From positions 14,136 to 78,135 of the forward strand of contig JANQLN010000050.1 in NCBI GenBank assembly GCA_028280575.1: a DNA stretch of 64,000 bases. Direction: 5' to 3'. Each line of letters begins with the position of its first letter. The stretch's first letter is position 1. Under the pieces are notes generated by a model that saw only the letters and a list, made by a program, of their open reading frames with translations, was not told where the DNA came from and did not search any database. Shown in pieces: positions 55,018-62,566 of the stretch. This stretch comes from Clostridia bacterium. Its GTDB lineage: Bacteria; Bacillota; Clostridia; Acetivibrionales; STF1-152. Both the position numbers and the translations under genes were made by a program.

Positions 55018-56526
55018 ATGGCTTTGAATAGTTTGTTTATGGGAGTGGATATTGGTACATCTTCAGTCAAAGCAGCTTTGTTTGATAGGGAAGGAAAACA
55101 GGTAAGCCTTTACCATAAAGAGTACCCGCTTATCTGTAATGAAGACGGAATGGCTGAAATTGATCCTGATAAAATCCTGGGTTCTCTTTTGGAGGTTATT
55201 AAAACATGCTTGGAAAAGGCAGGTGTAAATAAAAATAACATAGAAGCCATGGCATTCAGTACCCAGCTGTTCAGCCTGATGGGTGTGGACAGAAATGGAA
55301 ATCCTGTCACCAATCTCTATGTATGGGCAGATAGCCGTTCCATCAATGAATCCAGGGAAATTCAAAAAAACCATGATGTATATGATTTGTACTGCAGGAC
55401 GGGATGCAGGCCGCACCATCCCATGTACCCTTTAAGCAAGGTATTGTGGCTCAAAAACAACTATAAGCACCTGTATGAAAATATTGACAAGCTTGTCTCT
55501 ATAAAGGAGTATGTGATTTACAGGCTTTTTGGCGAATTTGCAATTGATATTACCGATGCTTCAACAACCGGCTTTTTCAATATACATGAGTTTAAATGGG
55601 ATGAAGACATATTAAAAGATGTACTTGGAATGGGAAAAGATAAGTTAGGCAGTCCTGTAGATTGTACACAGGTTTTCAATGGAATGAAAAGTGGATACGC
55701 AAAGGCAATGGGATTGAGAGAGGATATTACAGTGGCAATAGGTTCTGGAGACGGCATGCTTGCAAATCTTGGCTGCGGTGTATTTGATGATACTTCAATG
55801 TCTTTTACAATAGGAACAAGCGGAGCCCTTAGGATTTCCCTGAATAAACCCCTTTTGGACAGGGAACAGAGGACATGGTGCTATTGTTTTACAAGAGATA
55901 CATGGGTTGCAGGAGGAGCAGTGAACAATGGAGGCATAGTCTTAAAGTGGCTTAGAGATTCCCTGAGGGAACAATTTGAACATGATGCCAGGAATGAAGG
56001 GCTTGACAATATATACAAGCTTTTTGACAAATATGCCTCGCAAATAGGGCCTGGCTGTGAAAATCTGATTTTTCTTCCCCATTTGACCGGAGAAAGGTCA
56101 CCGGGATGGAATGCAGAAGCCAGGGCTACAATACACGGCCTGGGTCTTGTCCATGGAAAAAAGCATATAATAAGAGCCGCCATGGAAGGTGTAATGTACA
56201 AGATGTATTCAATTTATGAGGTTATTACCCAGATAAATGACAATGTAGAGGTAATAGTTGCAAATGGCGGATATGTGAATTCAGACCTCTGGGTCCAAAT
56301 ACAGGCAGATATTTTCAACAGGAAAATAGCTGTAGCCGGAGTTGGCGAGGCTGCAGCATTTGGTGCAGCTTATGCTGCAATGGTTGCTGCCGGAGCACTT
56401 GACGGATTTAAAGAGAAACTGCCTGGAATGAATCCTTCAAAAATTGTTGAGCCCATACCTGATAACCATATTGAATATAGGAAAGTGTATAATAATTTTA
56501 TTGAGCTGTATAAAAGCCTGTATTGA
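55018..56526 (+). CDS. FGGY-family carbohydrate kinase (gluconate/xylulose kinase-like)
   Basis: Motifs FMGVDIGTSSVKAALFD, FSTQLFSLMGVD, GSGDGMLANLG, ANGGYVNSDLW. The start is probably ATG 55018. Confidence 0.85.
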   Translation: MALNSLFMGVDIGTSSVKAALFDREGKQVSLYHKEYPLICNEDGMAEIDPDKILGSLLEVIKTCLEKAGVNKNNIEAMAFSTQLFSLMGVDRNGNPVTNLYVWADSRSINESREIQKNHDVYDLYCRTGCRPHHPMYPLSKVLWLKNNYKHLYENIDKLVSIKEYVIYRLFGEFAIDITDASTTGFFNIHEFKWDEDILKDVLGMGKDKLGSPVDCTQVFNGMKSGYAKAMGLREDITVAIGSGDGMLANLGCGVFDDTSMSFTIGTSGALRISLNKPLLDREQRTWCYCFTRDTWVAGGAVNNGGIVLKWLRDSLREQFEHDARNEGLDNIYKLFDKYASQIGPGCENLIFLPHLTGERSPGWNAEARATIHGLGLVHGKKHIIRAAMEGVMYKMYSIYEVITQINDNVEVIVANGGYVNSDLWVQIQADIFNRKIAVAGVGEAAAFGAAYAAMVAAGALDGFKEKLPGMNPSKIVEPIPDNHIEYRKVYNNFIELYKSLY

Positions 56527-56627
56527 AAGAGTCAGTGGGGAAGACAGGTTTAGTTTTATATACAACTACATTACTAAACTATATAGAATACGTTTGGAAT
56601 TTGTTCATATGTGTTTCTATTGCCTTG

Positions 56628-56681
56628 ATATAACTTACGGCAGTAAGTTATTCATCAGTAACTTTCTGCCGTAAGTTATAT
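56628..56681. terminator. 23-bp hairpin between convergent operons
   Basis: ATATAACTTACGGCAGtAAGTTA ... TAACTTtCTGCCGTAAGTTATAT has 16+6 bp with one mismatch. Neither side has a flanking T-run. Confidence 0.4.
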
Positions 56682-56739
56682 GATAAAACATACAAGCCAA
56701 CACAGGTTGTTTAAATTAAGAAACATACGGTATTAGCTG

Positions 56740-58377
56740 CTATCGGATTGTGCCTGTTCCATCAACCCAGTCAGAGCCATTCCACCATATAGGATATCCC
56801 AATGATGTATCTAAATAGAACTCATACAAATAAGGAGAAGACGGCCTGTTTGCGGTTGCCCCGCCATTCTGTTTATATCGTATAATTTCATAATTCGTCA
56901 GGCTTTTAACATCAAATTCATTTTTTGCCTTTTGTATAATATTACCGACAAGCTGCACGTCACTGCCATATGCAGCGTATATACCATTTGAACTTGGAGA
57001 TGTTGAATCCAGATATATAATATTTCTTCCTATTGTTATATCATTAATATTAGATGTTGCATATATACCATGCATTACAACAGGCCCTGAAGTTGTATTA
57101 GTAATGTTATTTGCTATGGCACTTACATTAGTAGATTTATAAATATATATTCCACCCACATTACCATTATAATATTTACTGCTCCGTACAATATTTGAAA
57201 GAATATCAATTTTTGAACTCCATTCAACGTTTATAAAAGTGTCCGTCAATATATTATCCGATATCAAAATGCCTTGGCCTGACTCTACATAAATGCCGTT
57301 CCGGTTTGAGCTCTCAATATTGCAGCCTTTTATTGTAATATCTTTAGGATTAGTAGTACCCCACCACAAAACTTCAATCCCCATGTTATCCCCAGTTTTT
57401 ACAGTACAGTTTTCAATATTTACTGATTCACTGCCTTGTATCATGAGTCCTGCATATGCTGCATCAGTTACTATGAACTGGCAATTGGATACATTGACGT
57501 TTTCAGCGTTGCGGGAAATTTTCATCCCGCCTTGAGAACAGTCTCTAACTATACAATTCTCTACATTTACATTTTTAGTATCATATCCTATGTAAAGACC
57601 CAGTGCTGAAGTGGGAAGTACACTATTAGGAAACATATTTTGTACTATTATATTAGAAAGCAGTACATTTTCACATTCGTGTGATACTGCAACACCCTTT
57701 ACACAGCTATCTCTAACCCTGATATTATCAATAATTACATTTTTAGAGTACCTGAAATGTATTACAGCTTCTTTACCCCATTTATTGGCATCATCACATT
57801 TTATATTCAGTGCTTTTCCATTTTCTACTCCCATGCCAAATATATTATAGCTGCCCAGACCTTTAAAGTTACAGTTAATGACATTAAAGTTTTTAATCGT
57901 GCTTATTAATTCAAATGGAATATTTTCAGTAAACTCTCCTCTGCCATAGATACCTATGGCATTTGCTGAAGGGGAGCTTTCAAATGTACCATTTTCTACT
58001 GTAAAATCATCTGCATGTACATAAAAGATAGCTCCTACTGATGAAAAAGTATTTATGGTAGGTATGGTTGTATTCACAACAATCTTGGCATTTTTTGCAA
58101 ATATTATCTTTATACCAGGCTTAGTTATTTGAACTTCAGAATCCCATAAGTATGTTCCATCTGGAAAGTATATAGTTTCATTTCCTGAGATATTATCAAT
58201 AATTGTCTGAAAAGATGTAGAATCTGCTGTTATGCCATCACCTGCCAATCCCCAATCCTTAACGGAAATCATGTCCATATCAGTAGTATGTGCAAATACA
58301 TATACGGGAATTGCTGAAAAAAGTATAGCGAAAACTATTAATTTAATAACTGTATAGCGAATTATTATTTTTAGCAC
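56740..58377 (-). CDS. Secreted right-handed parallel beta-helix protein (pectate-lyase-superfamily / polysaccharide depolymerase-like), paralog 1
   Basis: 545 aa. GTG start with AAGGGGTGA. Signal peptide. N-terminal ISVKDWGLAGDGITADSTSFQ..IYFPDGTYL (the pectate_lyase_3-type opening). It has many I/V-x-N repeats and the C-terminal RPSSPYLYEFYLDTSLGYPIWWNGSDWVDGTG. Confidence 0.7.
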   Translation of the reverse strand: MLKIIIRYTVIKLIVFAILFSAIPVYVFAHTTDMDMISVKDWGLAGDGITADSTSFQTIIDNISGNETIYFPDGTYLWDSEVQITKPGIKIIFAKNAKIVVNTTIPTINTFSSVGAIFYVHADDFTVENGTFESSPSANAIGIYGRGEFTENIPFELISTIKNFNVINCNFKGLGSYNIFGMGVENGKALNIKCDDANKWGKEAVIHFRYSKNVIIDNIRVRDSCVKGVAVSHECENVLLSNIIVQNMFPNSVLPTSALGLYIGYDTKNVNVENCIVRDCSQGGMKISRNAENVNVSNCQFIVTDAAYAGLMIQGSESVNIENCTVKTGDNMGIEVLWWGTTNPKDITIKGCNIESSNRNGIYVESGQGILISDNILTDTFINVEWSSKIDILSNIVRSSKYYNGNVGGIYIYKSTNVSAIANNITNTTSGPVVMHGIYATSNINDITIGRNIIYLDSTSPSSNGIYAAYGSDVQLVGNIIQKAKNEFDVKSLTNYEIIRYKQNGGATANRPSSPYLYEFYLDTSLGYPIWWNGSDWVDGTGTIR

Positions 58378-58421
58378 ATTTTTTCACCCCTTAATAAATT
58401 TTTTAATGAAACCGATGGCAC

Positions 58422-60071
58422 TTAATGGCTTGTGCCGGATGAATCTATCCAGTTTGACCCATCCCACCATAACGGATATCCTAACGTTGCATCAAAATAG
58501 CATTCGTACAAATATGGAGATGAAGGTCTTGATTGAGAATTTCCTCCAAAAATTTTAATCCTTATAATTTCACAATTAGTTACACTGTTTGTTCCAAAAT
58601 CATTTAGAGCATCAACTATATTGTTAACAACTTTTATATCATCTCCGTATGAAATAAAAATTCCATTAGTGCCTGCAGTTGTAGAATCAAGTGATATATT
58701 ATTATTGCCTATTAAAATATTACTAAGACTTGATGTTGCATATATACCATGATACCATGTACCACCGTTATTTGTATTAGAAATATTATTTGACATGGCG
58801 TTTACTGCAGTAGACTTATAAATATATATTCCTCCAATATTAGAATCATAATATTCACTGCTCCGTATTGTATTTGAAATAATATTTACATGAGAACTCC
58901 AATGGATTCTAATGTATGTATTTTTCATACTGTTACCAATTATATCAACATTTTTTGCACCTAGAGCATATATCCCATAGCTGTTCGCGCTTTTTACAAT
59001 GTTTCCCTCTATTTTTATATTTTCTACGTCATAGCCACCATCCCAGTCGGCTATATAAATACCTCTTGCTGTAATTGTATTAACAATACTGTTATTCAAG
59101 TTAACATTTTTACAACCCATAAGTATAACTGCACTATCTGTACTACTATTACTTTCAAGGTTCTCAAAGTAACAGTTTTCAATATTTATGTCTTTACTGT
59201 TTCTTGATACTCTTAATGCTGCTTCATCATTCATAGTACTTATGTAATTACTGATATTAACATGGTTGCAATTATATCCGATGTCAATTCCCAATCCGGT
59301 GCCAGCACCAACTGTGTGCTCTGACAAATTATTGATAATAATGTTTTTTAGTAAAACATTATTACTGTAAAATGCTGCAATGCCTTTATAATAACTATCG
59401 CTGATCCTTATGTTATTTACTATTGCATTGTCAGCATTCTTACAGTATATTATACCTTCTGCTCCATCAATATTAGCATTGCTAAAATCAACATTTTGTA
59501 TAGTAATATCATTTACATAGTCAGCATAAATGTTACTATTCTTTATTCCATCAAAGCTACTGTTTAAAATCTTTATGTTTGAAAGGCGGTCATTCAACTG
59601 GCCAAGTATGTATAAAGCTTTAGATGTGGTTGCACTTCCCTCAAATTTTGCGTTTTCAATGGTTATATCATCATCAGTAATTTTAAAGATAGAATTAATT
59701 GAAGTGTTATTAACAATTTTTGCGTTTTTTTCAAACACTATCCTAACTCCAGAAACTGTTATTTCTACTTCTGATCCCCATAGATATGTTCCGTCGGGGA
59801 AGTAAATTGACTCACCGGTTGAAAGACCACTGAGCAAAGTTCGAAATGCGCTGGAATCATCAGTAAATCCATCACCAATCAAACCATGGTCTTTTACTGA
59901 TATCATATCCATACTTGTCGATTGATTTGCACCTTCTACGGTTTGAATATTTACTTCCATGGTCAGTAAAAACATACAAACTGCAAATACCACAATTAAT
60001 AAAGCTGTTTGTCCAAAAAATTTTTTTACCACAAAAACCACTTCCTTCCTAATATTAATATTTATCTTCAT
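58422..60071 (-). CDS. Secreted right-handed parallel beta-helix protein, paralog 2
   Basis: 549 aa and collinear with paralog 1 (ISVKDHGLIGDGFTDDSSAF..IYFPDGTYL ... RPSSPYLYECYFDATLGYPLWWDGSNWIDSSG). An alternative start at GTG 60032 (AGGAAGGAAG 8 nt upstream) gives a cleaner signal peptide (MVKKFFGQTALLIVVFAV). Confidence 0.7.
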   Translation of the reverse strand: MKININIRKEVVFVVKKFFGQTALLIVVFAVCMFLLTMEVNIQTVEGANQSTSMDMISVKDHGLIGDGFTDDSSAFRTLLSGLSTGESIYFPDGTYLWGSEVEITVSGVRIVFEKNAKIVNNTSINSIFKITDDDITIENAKFEGSATTSKALYILGQLNDRLSNIKILNSSFDGIKNSNIYADYVNDITIQNVDFSNANIDGAEGIIYCKNADNAIVNNIRISDSYYKGIAAFYSNNVLLKNIIINNLSEHTVGAGTGLGIDIGYNCNHVNISNYISTMNDEAALRVSRNSKDINIENCYFENLESNSSTDSAVILMGCKNVNLNNSIVNTITARGIYIADWDGGYDVENIKIEGNIVKSANSYGIYALGAKNVDIIGNSMKNTYIRIHWSSHVNIISNTIRSSEYYDSNIGGIYIYKSTAVNAMSNNISNTNNGGTWYHGIYATSSLSNILIGNNNISLDSTTAGTNGIFISYGDDIKVVNNIVDALNDFGTNSVTNCEIIRIKIFGGNSQSRPSSPYLYECYFDATLGYPLWWDGSNWIDSSGTSH

Positions 60072-60265
60072 TAGTTACGCTTCCCGGGATAATGTAACTA
60101 CAAAGATCGTAAAAGAATGTCCTTGTTTGGTTAAGAGACCTTTAAAAGTATCTTATAATGAAAATTTATTGAGTTGGACTGAGCAGCAAAATCAGTAATA
60201 TGTCTTTTTATCTTAAACATCAGCAAATAATAAAATAAAGGCTAAAAAAAGCAAATGGCTTATAT

Positions 60266-61441
60266 CTATTTCAACATCCTGTTCAAAAGACTAGTACATA
60301 AAATAAAAGCCCTTGGAACATGGAAAGGCCCTTTCCAAAGTGAACCTTTTATTGGTGAGGAAAGTGAACCATCCCTGTGAAGGTATCCGTACCATTCACC
60401 AAATTCCTTGTCCGGAAAATGTCTGAATGTCCAGTCATGCATCTTCTCATACCACTGCTCATACTTCCCATCTTCAGTCAGGTTATAAGCAAGCAGCAGA
60501 GCATACAGCGCCTCAGTATGCGGCCACCAAAGCTTCATATCCCACTCAAGCTGCTCGGGGGGGTTGCCGTCCACATCAATAAAATATAAAAGTCCCCCAT
60601 ACTGTTTATCCCATCCCAGCTCAAGCGACCAGTCAAGAATTAGTAAAGCTTTTTTTATTATAGCCTTATCTCCTCGTCTCATTCCCTCCTCCATAAGAAA
60701 CCAGGAAGTTTCTATGGCATGTCCGGGATTTACACATCTTCCCTCAGGCAAGTCAATAAATTCACCATTAACCCCAACATTTTCAAGTAAAGCCTTCTTT
60801 TCAGTATTAACAAAATCACTGAACAATTCATTGATAAGCATATTAATTACATCATCATATACCGGACTGTCATCCACTTCACGCAAACCCTGGCTTGTAG
60901 CTATCAGAATCATAGGCATTGAGTGAGATTTCATGCTGCGTGTCTCTGTATACACCTTTGACGGGAGTCTGTCCGGGTTTTGATAGTAATCAATGACAAG
61001 GTTGTATGTATCCTTTGCAAATTGCAAGGCCTTTTTACTGCCTGAAGCCTTTGCATATTCGGCAAAGGCAATTATGGCAAAACATTCTGAAAAAAGGTAT
61101 CTTCTCTTCCTTAAAGGCTTACCTTCTCTTGTGACATGGAAAAAAAGCCTACCATCGTCATCAAAGCAATGCCTTGTTAAAAATTCATAACCAAGACGAG
61201 CTGCATTCAGCCACTCATCCTTTTTGCCAAATCTATTGCATAACTTAGAGTATATCCATACTCCTCTTCCCTGAAACCAAACAGATTTATCACTTGAAAG
61301 AATTGAACCCTTTCTATCAAGCCATGTAATATATCCGCCATGTTCATTATCCAGTGAATGTTTTAGCCAAAATGGTATAATATCTCTGAACAAAGTATTG
61401 CTGTATAGTTCATGAAGCTCTTTAATCCTGTTTTTATTCAT
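60266..61441 (-). CDS. N-acylglucosamine 2-epimerase (AGE) superfamily epimerase/isomerase
   Basis: 391 aa. Motifs IIPFWLKHSLDNEHGGY, VWFQGRGVW, NPGHAIETSWF, WDKQYGGLLYF, KLWWPHTEALYA, GEWYGYLHRDG. Confidence 0.8.
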   Translation of the reverse strand: MNKNRIKELHELYSNTLFRDIIPFWLKHSLDNEHGGYITWLDRKGSILSSDKSVWFQGRGVWIYSKLCNRFGKKDEWLNAARLGYEFLTRHCFDDDGRLFFHVTREGKPLRKRRYLFSECFAIIAFAEYAKASGSKKALQFAKDTYNLVIDYYQNPDRLPSKVYTETRSMKSHSMPMILIATSQGLREVDDSPVYDDVINMLINELFSDFVNTEKKALLENVGVNGEFIDLPEGRCVNPGHAIETSWFLMEEGMRRGDKAIIKKALLILDWSLELGWDKQYGGLLYFIDVDGNPPEQLEWDMKLWWPHTEALYALLLAYNLTEDGKYEQWYEKMHDWTFRHFPDKEFGEWYGYLHRDGSLSSPIKGSLWKGPFHVPRAFILCTSLLNRMLK

Positions 61442-61502
61442 TATACCTCACCTCCATTTTCATTTTTTATCAAAAACCAATCTTAGCAATTTATCTTATT
61501 CT

Positions 61503-62498
61503 CTAATCAGCCTTATATTTTTCTGTCCTATTTCTTATGCAATCAGCAATTTCAACTGATTGAAGCGCTGATAATACGTCTCCGCCGGGCTTTATTCCCG
61601 CTCTGATATTATCAAAAAAAGATGTGTTTTCACTATAGAAACCACACAGTTCAAACATATCTGCATTGCCTGGTGCCTTTTTACCCTGTATATCAAGTAT
61701 AATTTTTTCTCCGTTATAGTGAACAAGCCTTCCTGATGAAACACTTCCAAATACAGGTATATCCAAAAAAAATGAATTATTATATGTATTTATTACAACT
61801 TGCTCACTGACTAGACCTCCAAAAGGAAAAAAATTAATTTTTGCAGTTGTACCTGATTTAAATACACAATTCAGATATATATTAACAATATTATCACCAG
61901 CCTGGCTAACTTTCTGGTAATTAAATTCTACATATCTAAAATCCGAACCAGAAAGAAACTTAACTGTATCAATACCATGTATTGCAGTTGTTGCAAAATC
62001 CTTGTCTCGTCTTCCGGCTCTGACAAAATTGCATTGTATGTCAAATATACTATTATTTCTTTGTTCTTCAGATAGAATGCTTTTTATTTTCTTGACCAAA
62101 GTTATATAACGTCTGTTAAAGGCTACCTGGTTGGGAATCCCTTTAGCCTGTGCTGCTTTGATTACCTTTTCAGTCTCTTTTCTATTTAGACCGGGAGGCT
62201 TTTCCATTATTAAGGGGTATCCCTTTTCCAGTATTTCTACAGATAAACTGGATGTAAGTTCTGGAGTAACTACAAGACATACTGCGTCTGGCTTCTCAAT
62301 GTCCAACATTTCCTTAAAATCTTTGTAATATCTTTTAAATCCGAAGGTCTTCATGAATATGCCTGCTTTTTTTTCATCAAGATCACAGCATGCACAGAGT
62401 TCCGTATCGGGATGTATTTGTGCATATTTTTTGTAGGATGGTCCATGCACCGCACTGGCAAATACTCCACAACCTATTGCGCAAATCTTAATACTCAT
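61503..62498 (-). CDS. Gfo/Idh/MocA-family oxidoreductase
   Basis: Motifs IKICAIGCGVFAS and PLIMEKPPG. I place the start at ATG 62498 (AGGAAAGGTG 8 nt upstream) rather than 62522. Confidence 0.75.
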   Translation of the reverse strand: MSIKICAIGCGVFASAVHGPSYKKYAQIHPDTELCACCDLDEKKAGIFMKTFGFKRYYKDFKEMLDIEKPDAVCLVVTPELTSSLSVEILEKGYPLIMEKPPGLNRKETEKVIKAAQAKGIPNQVAFNRRYITLVKKIKSILSEEQRNNSIFDIQCNFVRAGRRDKDFATTAIHGIDTVKFLSGSDFRYVEFNYQKVSQAGDNIVNIYLNCVFKSGTTAKINFFPFGGLVSEQVVINTYNNSFFLDIPVFGSVSSGRLVHYNGEKIILDIQGKKAPGNADMFELCGFYSENTSFFDNIRAGIKPGGDVLSALQSVEIADCIRNRTEKYKAD

Positions 62499-62566
62499 AA
62501 TTAATACACCTTTCCTAAACAAATATAAATAAAATATATTGATATATAATAATTATACAAGATAAT

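Noticed and set aside
15457-56526. A recent segmental duplication that would explain the recurrence of the FGGY kinase, SDR, 2-hydroxyacid dehydrogenase and Gfo/Idh/MocA set in both the DeoR island and the TetR operon.
   Set aside because: The paired proteins share only family-level motifs (for example MYYLCIDIGTTAIKCAIVD versus LFMGVDIGTSSVKAALFD), and the gene order differs. I saw no nucleotide-level repeat. This looks like independent recruitment of common families.
56740-60071. The beta-helix pair as remnants of a prophage (tailspikes).
   Set aside because: I see no phage structural, lysis, integrase or repressor genes, and no att-like repeats, on either side. Both proteins carry Sec-type signal peptides, which virion tailspikes do not normally have. 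The phage-like C-terminal motif is kept only as a similarity note.
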